The notes under the pieces are model-generated. The model made no database searches and was not told the origin of the DNA. It saw only the letters and a list, made by a program, of their open reading frames with translations. Position numbers and translations under genes: made by a program. 64,000 nucleotides of DNA from Somniosus microcephalus (Eukaryota), in assembly GCA_052327205.1 (NCBI GenBank), contig CM126212.1:82522001-82586000 (forward strand), written 5' to 3'. Of this stretch, positions 35,601 through 49,500 are shown one piece after another. How positions within the stretch are numbered: position 1 is the first letter of the stretch; each line of letters starts with the position of its first letter.

Positions 35601-38600
35601 TAGGACAGGTGTGCTGTAGACTGTGAAGGACAGGTGTGCTGTGATCAGTGTAGAACAGTTGAGTTGTTGGTAGTGTAGGACAGGTGAGCTGTAGGCAGTG
35701 TAGTAGATGTGCACTGTAGGCAGTGCAGAACAGGTGAGCTGAGGCAGTGCAGGACTGGTGCAGAACAGAACAGGTGTGCAGTGAATAGAGTAGGACAGTG
35801 GACTTTTACAGAATGGAACAATTTTGCTGCAGGTTGTGTAGGATAGGTGAGCAGTAGGCAGTGTAGGACAGGTGTGCTCTAGGCAGTGTAGGACAGATGT
35901 GCTGTAGGCAATGTAGGACAGGCGTGCTGTAGGCAGTGTAAGACAGGTAGCTGTAGACAGTGTAGAACAGGTGTGCTGCAAGCAGTGTAGGACAGGTGAA
36001 CTGTTGGCAGTGTCAGACAGGAGTGCTGTATGCACTGTAGGACAGGTGTGCTGCAGGCAGTGTAGGACAGGTGTGTTGTAGGCAGTGTAGAACAGGTGAG
36101 TTGTAGGCTGTGTAGGACAGGTGTGCTGTTGGAAATAAAAGACACCTGTGTTGTAAGCAGTGTTGAACAGGTGAGGTGTTGGTAGTGTAGGACAGGTGAG
36201 CTGTAGGCAGTGTAGGACAGGTGTGCTTTAGGCTGTGTAGGAGAGCTGCACTGTAGGCCGTGCAGAACAGGTGAGCTGAGGCAGTGCAGGACTGGTGTGC
36301 TATAGGCTCTAAGCAGTGTAGAACAGTTGTGCTGTCGGCAGTGTAGGACAGGAAGCTGTAGACAGTGTAGGACAGGTGAGCTGTAGGAAGTGTAGGACAG
36401 ATGAGCTCTAGCCAGTGTAGAACAGGTGCACTGTAAGCCGTGTAGAACAGTTCAGTTTTTGGCAGCCTTTGACTGGTTAGCTGTAGGCAATGTAGAATAG
36501 TTGTGTTGTATGCAGAGTAGAATAGGTGAGCTGTAGGCAGTGTAGGACTGGTGAGCTGTAGGCAGTGTAGGACAGCTGTGCTATGTGCAATTTAAAACAG
36601 GTGTGCTGTAGGCAGAGTAGAACAGGTGTGGTGTAAGCAGTGTAGAACAGGTGAGTTGTAGGCAGTGTAAAACAGGTGAGCTGTAAACAGTGTAGAACAG
36701 ATGCGCTGTAGGAAGTGTAGGACAGCTGAGCGGTAGGCAGTGTAGGACAGGTGCACTGTAGGCAGTGTAGGACATGTGAGGTGCAGGCAGTGTAGAACAG
36801 GTGAGCTGATGCACTGTAGGACAGGTGCACTATAGGAAGTGTAGAATGGGTGAGCAGTGCAGAGTGTAGGACAGTGCACTGTTACAGTATAGAATAGGTT
36901 TGCTGCAGGCTTTGTAGGACAGGTGAGCTGTAGGCAGTGTAGGACATGTGTGCACTAGGCAGCATAGGACAGGTGTTCTGTAGGCAGTGTAGGACAGGTG
37001 TGCTGTAAGCAGTGTAGAACAGGTGTGCTGAAGGCAGCGTCGGACAGTTAGCTGTAGGCAGTGTAGGACAGTTGTGCTGTAGGCAATGTAGGATAGCTGA
37101 GCTGTAGGCAATGTAGAATAGGTGTGCTGTAGGCAGTGTCGGACAGGCAACATTTTGGCAGAGTAGGGCGGTTGAGCTTTAGCAGTTTAGGAGAGGTGTG
37201 CTGTAAGCAGTGTAGGGCAGCTGAGTTGTTAGCAGTGTAGGACAGTTTAGCTTTAGCAGTTTAGGACAGGAGTGCTGTAAGCAGTGTAGGACAGATGTGC
37301 AGTAGGCAATTTAGACAGGTGTGCTGTAAGCAGTGTAGAACAGGTGAGCTGTATGCAGTGTAGGACAGGTGTGCTGTAAGCATTGTAGGACAGGTGAGCT
37401 GTAGGCAGTGTAGAAAAGGTAAGCTATAGGCAGTGTAGGCGGGGGGGGTTATGGCAATGTATCATAGGTGTGTTGTAAGCTGTGCAGGACAGGTGAGTTG
37501 TAGGATGTGTTGGACAGGTGAGTTGTAGACATAGAAATACAGGTGAGTTGTAGGCAGAGTTGCAGAGGTGCGCAGTTTGCAGTGTAGGACAGGTGAGTTG
37601 TAGGCAGTGTAGTACAGGTGTGCTGTAGGCAGTGTAGTACAGGTGTGCTGTAAGCAGTGTAGAACTGGTGTGCTGGAGGCAGAGTTGGACAGATAGCTGT
37701 AGGCAGTTTAGGACAGGTGTGCTGTAGGCAGTATAGAACAGGTGATTTGTAGGCAGTGTAGGACAGGTGTGCTGTTGGCAATGCAAGTCACCTGTGTTGT
37801 AAGCAGTGTAGAACAGGTGAGTTTTTGGTAGTGTAGGACAGGTGAGCTGTAGGGAGTGTAGGACAGGTGAGCTTTAGGCAATGTGGGACAGGTGTGTTGT
37901 AGGCAGTGTAGAACAGATGAGATTTAGTAGTTTAGGAAAACTGTGCTGTAAGCAGTGAAAGACAGGTTAGTTGTTGGCAGTGTAGTACAGGTGCAATCTA
38001 GGCAGTGTAGGACAGGTGAGCTGTAGGCAATGTAGGATAGGTGAGCTGTAGACTGTGTAGGACAGGTGTGCTGTAAGCAGTGTAGAACAGTTGAGTTGTT
38101 GACAGTGTAGGACAGGTGATCTGTAGGCAGTATAGGACAGGTGCACTGTAGGCAGTGCAGAACAGTTGTGCTGAAGGCAGTGCAGGACTGGTGCAGTTTA
38201 GGCATTGTAGAGCAGGTGAGCAGTGCAGAGAGTTGGACAGTGGACTGTTACAGTATAGAACAATTTCGCTGCAGGCTGTGTAGGACAGCTGAGCTGTAGG
38301 CAGTGTAGGATAGGTGTGCTGTAGGCAGTGTAGGACAGGTGTGCTGTAGGCAGTGTAGGACAGGTGTGATGTAAGCAGCATAGAACAGGTCTGCTGTAGG
38401 CAGTGTAGGACAGGTGTGCTGAAGGATGTGTAGGACAGGTGTGCTGTAAGAAGTGTAGAAAAGATGTGCTGTAGGCAGTGTAGAACAGTTGTGCTGCAGG
38501 CAGTGTATCACAGGTGTGCTGAAGGCAGTGTAGGACAGGTGTGCTGTAAGCAGTGTAGAACAGGTGTGCTGTAGACAGTGTAGGACAGATGTGCTTCATA

Positions 38601-38661
38601 CTGAGTTGGACACGTGTGCTGTTGGCTTTGTAGGACAGGTGGTCTGTAGGCAGTGTAGAAT

Positions 38662-41600
38662 AGATGAGGTGTAAGCAGTGAAGAACAGGTGAGCTGTAGG
38701 CAATGTAGGATATGGGAGCTGTAGACAGTGTAGCACAGGTGAGTTGTAGGCAGTGTAGAACAGGTGAGCTCTAGGCAGTGTAGAATAGGTAAGCTGTAAT
38801 CTGTGTAGAGCAGCTGCGCCATACAGAGTGTAGGACAGTGTACTTTTACAGTGTTGAACAAGTGTGCTGCAGGCTGTGTAGGTCAGGTGAGCTGTTGGCA
38901 GTGTCAGACAGGTGTGCTGTAAGCACTGTAGGACAGGTGTGCTGCAGGAAGTGTAGGGAAGGTGTGCTGTAGGCAGTGTAGGACATGTGTGCTGTAGGCA
39001 GTGTAGGACAAGTGTGCTGTAGGCAGTGTAGGACTGGTGTGCTGTAGGCAGTGTAGGACTGGTGTGCTGTAGGCAGTGTAGGATAGGTATGCTGTAGACT
39101 GTGTTGGACAGGTGTGCTGTAGGCAGTGCAGGACAGGTGTACTGCGGTAAGTGTAGGGCAGATGAACTGTAGCCAGTGTAGGACAGGTGTGCTGTACACA
39201 GTGTAGAACAGGTGCCCTGTAAACATTGTAGAATAGTTCAGTTTTTGGCTGTCTTTGACAGGTTTGCTGTAGGCAATATAGAATAGGTGAGCTGTATGCA
39301 GTGAAGAAAAGGTGAGCTGTAGGCAGAGTAGAACAGGTGAGCTGCAGGCAGCATATGGCAGGTGAGCTGTAGCCAGTGTAGGACAGCTGTGCTCTAGGCA
39401 ATGTAAAACAGGTGTGCTGTAGGCAGTGTAGAACAGGTGTGGTGTAAGCAGTGGAGAACAGGTGAGTTTTAGGCAGTGTAGAACAGGTGAGCTGTAAGCA
39501 GTGTAGATCAGATGCGCTGTAGTAAGTGTAGGACAGGTGAGCTGGAGGCAGTGTAGGACAGGTGCGCTGTAGGCAGTGTAGAACAGGTGAGCTGAGGCAG
39601 TGCAGGGCAGGTGCACTATAGGAAGTGTAGAATGGGTGAGCAGTGCAGAGTTTAGGACAGTGCACTGTTAAAGTGTAGAACAAATGTCCTGCAGGCTGTG
39701 TAGGTCAGGTGAGCTGTAGGCAGTGTAGGACAGGTGTGCTCTAGGCAGCGTAGGACAGGTGTACTGTAAGCAGTGTAGAACAGGTGTGCTGTAGACAGTG
39801 TAGGACAGTTGTGCTTTAGACTGTGTTGGACAGGTGTGCTGTTGGCTTTGTAGGACAGGTGATCTGTAGGCAATGTAGAACAGATGAGGTGTAAGCAGTG
39901 AAGAACAGGTGAGCTGTAGGCAATGTAGGATATGGGAGCTGTAGACAGTGTAGCACAGGTGAGTTGTAGGCAGTGTAGAACAGGTGAGCTCTAGGCAGTG
40001 TAGAATAGGTAAGCTGTAATCTGTGTAGAGCAGCTGCGCCATACAGAGTGTAGGACAGTGTACTTTTACAGTGTTGAACAAGTGTGCTGCAGGCTGTGTA
40101 GGTCAGGTGAGCTGTTGGCAGTGTCAGACAGGTGTGCTGTAAGCACTGTAGGACAGGTGTGCTGCAGGAAGTGTAGGGAAGGTGTGCTGTAGGCAGTGTA
40201 GGACATGTGTGCTGTAGGCAGTGTAGGACAAGTGTGCTGTAGGCAGTGTAGGACTGGTGTGCTGTAGGCAGTGTAGGACTGGTGTGCTGTAGGCAGTGTA
40301 GGATAGGTATGCTGTAGACTGTGTTGGACAGGTGTGCTGTAGGCAGTGCAGGACAGGTGTACTGCGGTAAGTGTAGGGCAGATGAACTGTAGCCAGTGTA
40401 GGACAGGTGTGCTGTACACAGTGTAGAACAGGTGCCCTGTAAACATTGTAGAACAGTTCAGTTTTTGGCTGTCATTGACAGGTTTGCTGTAGGCAATATA
40501 GAATAGGTGAGCTGTATGCAGTGAAGAAAAGGTGAGCTGTAGGCAGAGTAGAACAGGTGAGCTGCAGGCAGCATATGGCAGGTGAGCTGTAGCCAGTGTA
40601 GGACAGCTGTGCTCTAGGCAATGTAAAACAGGTGTGCTGTAGGCAGTGTAGAACAGGTGTGGTGTAAGCAGTGGAGAACAGGTGAGTTTTAGGCAGTGTA
40701 GAACAGGTGAGCTGTAAGCAGTGTAGATCAGATGCGCTGTAGTAAGTGTAGGACAGGTGAGCTGGAGGCAGTGTAGGACAGGTGCGCTGTAGGCAGTGTA
40801 GAACAGGTGAGCTGAGGCAGTGCAGGGCAGGTGCACTATAGGAAGTGTAGAATGGGTGAGCAGTGCAGAGTTTAGGACAGTGCACTGTTAAAGTGTAGAA
40901 CAAATGTCCTGCAGGCTGTGTAGGTCAGGTGAGCTGTAGGCAGTGTAGGACAGGTGTGCTCTAGGCAGCGTAGGACAGGTGTACTGTAAGCAGTGTAGAA
41001 CAGGTGTGCTGTAGACAGTGTAGGACAGTTGTGCTTTAGACTGTGTTGGACAGGTGTGCTGTTGGCTTTGTAGGACAGGTGATCTGTAGGCAATGTAGAA
41101 CAGATGAGGTGTAAGCAGTGAAGAACAGGTGAGCTGTAGGCAATGTAGGATATGGGAGCTGTAGACAGTGTAGCACAGGTGAGTTGTAGGCAGTGTAGAA
41201 CAGGTGAGCTCTAGGCAGTGTAGAATAGGTAAGCTGTAATCTGTGTAGAGCAGCTGCGCCATACAGAGTGTAGGACAGTGTACTTTTACAGTGCTGAACA
41301 AGTGTGCTGCAGGCTGTGTAGGTCAGGTGAGCTGTTGGCAGTGTCAGACAGGTGTGCTGTAAGCACTGTAGGACAGGTGTGCTGCAGGAAGTGTAGGGAA
41401 GGTGTGCTGTAGGCAGTGTAGGACATGTGTGCTGTAGGCAGTGTAGGACAAGTGTGCTGTAGGCAGTGTAGGACTGGTGTGCTGTAGGCAGTGTAGGACT
41501 GGTGTGCTGTAGGCAGTGTAGGATAGGTATGCTGTAGACTGTGTTGGACAGGTGTGCTGTAGGCAGTGCAGGACAGGTGTACTGCGGTAAGTGTAGGGCA

Positions 41601-43568
41601 GATGAACTGTAGCCAGTGTAGGACAGGTGTGCTGTACACAGTGTAGAACAGGTGCCCTGTAAACATTGTAGAACAGTTCAGTTTTTGGCTGTCTTTGACA
41701 GGTTTGCTGTAGGCAATATAGAATAGGTGAGCTGTATGCAGTGAAGAAAAGGTGAGCTGTAGGCAGAGTAGAACAGGTGAGCTGCAGGCAGCATATGGCA
41801 GGTGAGCTGTAGCCAGTGTAGGACAGCTGTGCTCTAGGCAATGTAAAACAGGTGTGCTGTAGGCAGTGTAGAACAGGTGTGGTGTAAGCAGTGGAGAACA
41901 GGTGAGTTTTAGGCAGTGTAGAACAGGTGAGCTGTAAGCAGTGTAGATCAGATGCGCTGTAGTAAGTGTAGGACAGGTGAGCTGGAGGCAGTGTAGGACA
42001 GGTGCGCTGTAGGCAGTGTAGAACAGGTGAGCTGAGGCAGTGCAGGGCAGGTGCACTATAGGAAGTGTAGAATGGGTGAGCAGTGCAGAGTTTAGGACAG
42101 TGCACTGTTAAAGTGTAGAACAAATGTCCTGCAGGCTGTGTAGGTCAGGTGAGCTGTAGGCAGTGTAGGACAGGTGTGCTCTAGGCAGCGTAGGACAGGT
42201 GTACTGTAAGCAGTGTAGAACAGGTGTGCTGTAGACAGTGTAGGACAGTTGTGCTTTAGACTGTGTTGGACAGGTGTGCTGTTGGCTTTGTAGGACAGGT
42301 GATCTGTAGGCAATGTAGAACAGATGAGGTGTAAGCAGTGAAGAACAGGTGAGCTGTAGGCAATGTAGGATATGGGAGCTGTAGACAGTGTAGCACAGGT
42401 GAGTTGTAGGCAGTGTAGAACAGGTGAGCTCTAGGCAGTGTAGAATAGGTAAGCTGTAATCTGTGTAGAGCAGCTGCGCCATACAGAGTGTAGGACAGTG
42501 TACTTTTACAGTGTTGAACAAGTGTGCTGCAGGCTGTGTAGGTCAGGTGAGCTGTTGGCAGTGTCAGACAGGTGTGCTGTAAGCACTGTAGGACAGGTGT
42601 GCTGCAGGAAGTGTAGGGAAGGTGTGTTGTAGGCAGTGTAGGACATGTGTGCTGTAGGCAGTGTAGGACAAGTGTGCTGTAGGCAGTGTAGGACTGGTGT
42701 GCTGTAGGCAGTGTAGGACTGGTGTGCTGTAGGCAGTGTAGGATAGGTATGCTGTAGACTGTGTTGGACAGGTGTGCTGTAGGCAGTGCAGGACAGGTGT
42801 ACTGCGGTAAGTGTAGGGCAGATGAACTGTAGCCAGTGTAGGACAGGTGTGCTGTACACAGTGTAGAACAGGTGCCCTGTAAACATTGTAGAACAGTTCA
42901 GTTTTTGGCTGTCTTTGACAGGTTTGCTGTAGGCAATATAGAATAGGTGAGCTGTATGCAGTGAAGAAAAGGTGAGCTGTAGGCAGAGTAGAACAGGTGA
43001 GCTGCAGGCAGCATATGGCAGGTGAGCTGTAGCCAGTGTAGGACAGCTGTGCTCTAGGCAATGTAAAACAGGTGTGCTGTAGGCAGTGTAGAACAGGTGT
43101 GGTGTAAGCAGTGGAGAACAGGTGAGTTTTAGGCAGTGTAGAACAGGTGAGCTGTAAGCAGTGTAGATCAGATGCGCTGTAGTAAGTGTAGGACAGGTGA
43201 GCTGGAAGCAGTGTAGGACAGGTGCGCTGTAGGCAGTGTAGAACAGGTGAGCTGAGGCAGTGCAGGGCAGGTGCACTATAGGAAGTGTAGAATGGGTGAG
43301 CAGTGCAGAGTTTAGGACAGTGCACTGTTAAAGTGTAGAACAAATGTCCTGCAGGCTGTGTAGGTCAGGTGAGCTGTAGGCAGTGTAGGACAGGTGTGCT
43401 CTAGGCAGCGTAGGACAGGTGTACTGTAAGCAGTGTAGAACAGGTGTGCTGTAGACAGTGTAGGACAGTTGTGCTTTAGACTGTGTTGGACAGGTGTGCT
43501 GTTGGCTTTGTAGGACAGGTGATCTGTAGGCAATGTAGAACAGATGAGGTGTAAGCAGTGAAGAACAG
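38662..43568. repeat. Higher-order repeat: 4 near-identical tandem copies of a 1220-bp block (~49 monomers)
   Basis: Near-identical ORF translations start at 38846, 40066, 41286 and 42506 (period 1220). Only about five single-base differences spotted by eye. Confidence 0.95.
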
Positions 43569-46500
43569 TTGAGCTGTAGGCCGTGTAGGATATAGGAGGT
43601 GTAGACAGTGTAGGACATGTGTGCTGTAAGCATTGTAGAACAGGTGAGTTGTAGGCAGTGTAGAACAGGTGAGCTGTAGGCAGTGTAGAATAGGTGAGCT
43701 GAAATCTGTGTAGAGCAGATGCGCCGTACAGAGTGTAGGACAGTGCACTGTTACAGCGTTGAACAAGTGTGCTGCTGGCTATGTAGGACAGGTGAGCTGT
43801 AGGCAGTGTCAGACAGGTGTGCTGTAAGCACTGTAGGACAGGTGTTCTGCAGGCAGTGTAGGGCAGGTGTGCTGTAGGTAGTGTAGGACAGGTGTGCTGT
43901 CGGTAGTGTAGGACAGGTGTGCTGTAGGCAGTGTAGGACTGGTGTGCTGTAGGCAGTGCAGGACGGGTGTGCTTTAGGCAGTGTAGAATAGGTATGCTGC
44001 AGACTGTGTTGGACAGGTGTGCTGTAGGCAGTGCAGGACAGGTGTACTGCAGGAAGTGTAGGGCAGATGAGCTGTAGACAGTGTGGGACAGGTGCGCTCT
44101 AAGCAGTGTAGAACAGGTGCCCTGTAAGCATTGTAGAACAGTTCAGTTTTTGGCTGTATTTGGCAGGTTTGCTATAGGCAATGTAGAATAGGTGAGCTGC
44201 ATGCAGTGAAGAACAGGTGAGCTGTAGCGAGAGTAGAACAGGTGAGCTGTAGGCAGCATAGGACAGGTGACCTGTAGGCAGTGTAGGACAGCTGTGCTCT
44301 AGGCAATGTGAAACAGGTGTGCTGTAGGCAGTGTAGAACAGGTGTGGTATAAGCAGTGCAGAACAGGTGAGCTGTAGGCAGTGTAGAACAGATGCGCTGT
44401 AGGCAGTGTAGGACAGGTGAGCTGCAGGCAGTGTAGGACAGGTGAGCTGTAGCCTGTGTAGGGCAGGTGTGCTCCATTCAGTGTAGGACATGTGAGCTCT
44501 AGGCAGTATAGAACAGGTGAGCCAAAGCAGTGCAGGACAGGTGCACTATAGGAAGTGTAGAACGGGTGAGCAGTGCAAAGTGTAGGACAGTGCACTGTTA
44601 CAGTGTAGAACAAGTGTGCTGCAGGCTGTGTAGGACATGTGTGCTATAAGCAGTGTAGAACAGGTGTGCTGGAGGCAGTGTCGGACAGGTAGCTGTAGGC
44701 AGTGTAGGACAGGTGTGCTGTAGGCAATGTAGGATAGTTGAGCTCTAGGCAATTTAGGATAGATGTGCTGTAGGTAGTGTAGGACAGGTGAAATGTTGGC
44801 AGTGTAGGACAGGTGAGCTTTAGCATTTTAGGACAGGTGTGCTGTAAGCAGTATAGGACAGGTGAGTTTTTGGCAAAATAGTACAGGTTTGCTGTACACT
44901 GTGTAGGACTGGTGCGCTGTAAGCAGTGTAGAACAGTTGGTTTGTTGGCAGTGTAGGACAGGTGAGCTTTAGCAGTTTAGGACAGGAGTGCTGTAAGCAG
45001 TGTAGGACAGATGTGCAGTAGGTACTTTAGGACAGGTGTGCTGTAAGCAGTGTAGGACTGGTGAGCTGTATGCAGTGTAGAACAGGTGAGTTGTAGGCAG
45101 TGTAGAACAGGTGAGCTGTAAACAGTGTACAACAGATGCGCTGTAGGCAGTGTAGGACAGGTGAGCTGTAGGCAATGTAGGACAGGTGAGCTGTAGCCAG
45201 TGCAGGACTGGTGTGCTGTAGGCAGTGTAGGACATGTGAGCTCTAGGCAGTGTAGAACAGGTGAGCTGAGGCAGTGCAGGACAGGTGCACTATAGGAAGT
45301 GTAGAACGGGTGAGCAGTGCAGAGTGTAGGACAGTACACTATTACAGTGTAGAACCAGTGTGCTGCAGGCTGTGTAGGACAGGTGTGCTGTAAGCAGTGT
45401 AGAGCAGGTGTGCTCTAGGCAATGTAAAGCAGGTGTGCTGTAGACAGTGTTGAACAGGTGTGGCATAAGCTGTGGAGAACAGGTGAGTTTTAGGCAGTGT
45501 AGAACAGGTGAGCTGTAAGCAGTGTAGATCAGATGCACTGTAGGAAGTGTAGGGCAGGTGAGCTGTAGGCAGTGTAGGACAGGTGCGCTGTAGGCAGTGT
45601 AGGACATGTGAGCTGCAGGCAGTGTAGAACAGGTGAGCTGAGGCAGTGCAGGACAGGTGCACTATATGAAGTGTAGAATGGGTGAGCAGTGCAGAGTGTA
45701 GGACAGTGCACTGTCAAAGTGTAGAACAAGTTTCCTGCAGGCTGTGTAGGACAGGTGTGCTCTAGGCAGTGTAGGACAGGTGTGCTGTAAGCAGTGTAGA
45801 ACAGGTGTGCTGGAGGCAGATTTGGACAGGTAGCTGGAGGCAGTGTAGGACAGGTGTGCTGTAGGCAATGTAGGATAATTGAGCTCTAGGCAATTTAGGA
45901 TAGGTGTGCTGTAGGCAGTGTAGGACAGGTGAAATGTTGGCAGTGTAGGACAGGTGAGCTTTAGCAGTTTCAAGCAGGTGTGCTGTAAGCAGTGTAGGAC
46001 AGTTGCGTTGTTGGCGGTGTAGGACAGGTGAGCTTTAGCAGTTTAGGACAGGAGTGCTGTAAGCAGTGTAGGACAGATGTGCAGTAGGTAATTTAGGACA
46101 GGTGTGCTGTAAGCAGTGTAGAACAGGTGAGCTGTATGCAGTGTAGGACAGGTGTGCTGCAGGCAGTGTAGGACAGGTGAGCTGTAAGCAGTGTAGGACA
46201 GGTAAGCTGTAGGTAGTGTAGAACAGGTGAGCTGTAGGCAGTGTAGGACGGGGGGCTTGAGGCAATGTATAACAGGTGTGCTGTAAGCTGTTTAGGACAG
46301 GTGAATTGTAGGATGTGTTGGACATGTGAGTTGTAGGCATAGTAGTACAGGTGAGTTGTAGGCAGAGTTGGAGAGGTGTGCAGTGCGCAGTGTAGGACAG
46401 ATGAGCTGTAAGCAGTGTAGGAGAGGTGAATTGTAGGCAGTGTAGTACAGGTGTGCTGTTGGCAGTGTAGAACAGGTGTGCTGGAGGCAGAGTCAGACTG

Positions 46501-49500
46501 GTATCTGTAGGCAGTGTAGGACAGGTGTGCTGTAGGCAGTGTAGAACAGTTGAGTTGTTGGCAGTGTAGGACAGGTGAGCAGTAGGCAGTGTATGACAGG
46601 TGCACTGTAGGCAATGCAATACAGGTGAGCTGTGGCAGTGCAGGACTGGTGCAATATAGGCATTATTGGGCAGCTGAGCAGTGCAGAGCGTAGGACAGTG
46701 GACTGTTACAGTATAGAATAATTTTGCTGCAGGTTGTGTCGGACAGGTGAGCTGTAGGCAGTGTAGGACAGGTGTGCTCTAGGCAGTGTAGGACAGTTGA
46801 GCTGTAGGCAGTTTAGGACAGGTGTGCTCTAGGCAGTGTAGGACAGGTGAGCTGCAGGCAGAGTAGGACAGGTGTGCTCTAGGCAGTGTAGGACAGGGGT
46901 GCTGTAAGCAGTTTAGAACAGGTCTGCTGTAGGCAGTGTAGGAGAGGTAGCTGTAGACATTGTAGGGCAGGTGTGCTGTAAGAAGTATAGAACAGTTGTG
47001 CTGTAGAGAGTGTAGGACAGGTAGCTGTAGACAGTGTAGGACAGGTGTGCTGTAGGCAGTGTAGAACAAGTGTGCTGTAGGCAGTGTAGAACAAATGCGC
47101 TGTAGGCAGTGTAGGGCAGGTGTGCTGTAAGCAGTGTAGAACAGGTGTGCTGTAGGCAGTGTAGGACATGTGTGCTTTAGATTGTGTTGGACAGGTGTGC
47201 TGTTGGGTTTGTGGGACAGGTGGTCTGTAGATAGTGTAGAACGGATGACCTGTAAGCAGTGTAGAACAGGTGAGTTGTAGGCAGTGTAGAACAGGTGATC
47301 TGTAGGCAGTGTAGGATATGTGAGCTGTAATCTGTGTGGAGCAGGTGCGCCATACAGAGTGTAGAACAGTGCACTCTTACAGTGTTGAACAAGTGTGCTG
47401 CAGGCTGTGTAGGACAGGTGAGCTGTTGGCAGTGTAGGACAGGTAGCTGTAGACATTGTATGACAGGTGTGCTGTAGGCAGTGTAGGATAGGTATGCTGT
47501 AGGCAGTGTAGGACAAGTGTGCTGTAGGCAGTGCAGGACTGGTGTGCTGTAGTCAGTGTAGTACGGGTGTGCTGCAGGCAGCATAGGATAGGAATGCTGT
47601 AGACTGTGTTGGACAGTTGTGCTGTAGGCAGTGCAGAACAGGTGTACTGTAGGAAGTGTAGGACAGATGAGCTGTAGCCAGTGTAGGACAGGTGCACTGT
47701 AAGCAGAGTAGAACATGTTGCGCTGTAGGCAGTGTAGAACAGTTCAGTTTTTGGCAGTCTTTGAAAGGTTTGCTGTAGGCAATGTCAAATAGGTGTGCTG
47801 TATGCAGTGAAGAACAGGTGAACTGTAGGCAGAGTAGAACAGGTGAGCTGTAGGCAGTGTAGGACAGGTGAGCTGTAGGCAGTGTAGGACAGCTGTGCTC
47901 TAGGCAACGTAAAATAGGTGTGCTGTAGGCAGTGTAGAACAGGTGTGGTTTAAGCAGTGTAGAACAGGTGAGTTGTAGGCAGTGCAGAACAGGTGATCTG
48001 TAAGCAGTGCAGAACAGGTGAGCTGAGGCAGTGCAGGACAGGTGCACTATAGGAAGTGTAGAATGGGTGAGCAGTGCAGACTGTAGGACAGTGCATTGTT
48101 ACAGTGTAGAACAAGTGTGTTGCAGGCTGTGTAGGACAGGTGAGCTGTATGCAGTGTAGGATAGGTGTGCTCTAGGCAGCATAGGACAGGTGAGCTGTAG
48201 GCAGTGTAGGACAGGTGTGCTGTAGGCAACATAGGATAAGTGTGCTGTAGGCAGTGTAGGTCAGGTGAAATGTTAGCAGTGTAGGACAGGTGAGCTTTAG
48301 CAGTTTAGGACAGGTGTGCTGTAAGCAGTGTAGGACAGGTGAGTTTTTGGCAGTATAGTACAGGTGTGCTGTAGACTGTGTAGGACAGGTGTGCTGTAAG
48401 CAGTGTTGGACAGGTGAGCTTTTGGCAGTATAGTACAGGTGCACTGTAGACTGTGTAGGACAGGTGTGCTGTAAGCAGTGTAGAACAGTTGAGTTGTTGG
48501 CAGTGTAGCAGAGGTGAGCTTTAGCAGTTTAGGACAGGAGTGCTGTAAGCAATGTAGGACATATGTGCTGTAGGCAATTTAGAACAGGGGTGCTGTAAGC
48601 AGTGTATAACAGGTGAGCTGTAAGCAGTGTAGGACAGGTGAGCTGTAGGCAGTGTAGGACAGGGGTTTTGAGGCAATGCATAACAGGTGTGATGTAAGCT
48701 GTATAGGACAGGTTAGTTGTAGGATGTGTTGGGCAGGTGAGTATTAGGCATAGTTGTACTTGTGAGTTGTAAGCAGAGTTGGAGTGGTGTGCAGTGCACA
48801 TTGTATGACAGATGAGCTGTAAGCAGTGTAGGACAGGTGAGTTGTAGGCAGTGTAGTAGAGGTGTGCTATAGGCAGTGTAGGACAGGTGTGCTGTTGGCA
48901 TTGTAGAGTGGGTGAGCAGTACAGAGTGTAGGACAGTGCTCTGTAACTGTGTAGAACAAGAGTGCTGCAGGCTGTGTAGGACAAGTGAGTTGTAGGCAGT
49001 GTAGGACAGGTGTGCTGTAAGCAGTGTAGGACAGGTGTGCTGCAGTCAGTGTAGGACAGGTGTGCTGTAGGCAGTGTAGGACAGGTTTGCTTAGGCAGTG
49101 TAGAACAGGTGTGCTGTTGGCAGTGTAGGACAGGTGAGCTTTAGCAGTGTAGGACAGGTGTGCTGTAAGCGGTGTAGGACAGGTGTGCTATAGGCAGTGT
49201 AGGACAGGTGTGCTGTAAGCAGTGTAGAACAGGTGAGCAGCATAGAGTGTAGGACAGTGCACTGTTACAGTGTAGGACAAGTATGCTGCATGCAGTGTAG
49301 GACAGGTGAGCTGTAGTCAGTGTAGGACAGGTGTGCTGCAGACAGTGTAGGACAGGTGTGCTTTAGGCAGTGTAGAACAGGTGTGCTGTTGGCAGTGTAG
49401 GTCAGGTTTGCTGTAGACAGTGTAGAACAGGTGTGCTGCAGACAGTGAAGGACAGGTGTGCTGTAGACAGTGTGGAACGGGTGTGCTGTAGACAGTGTAG

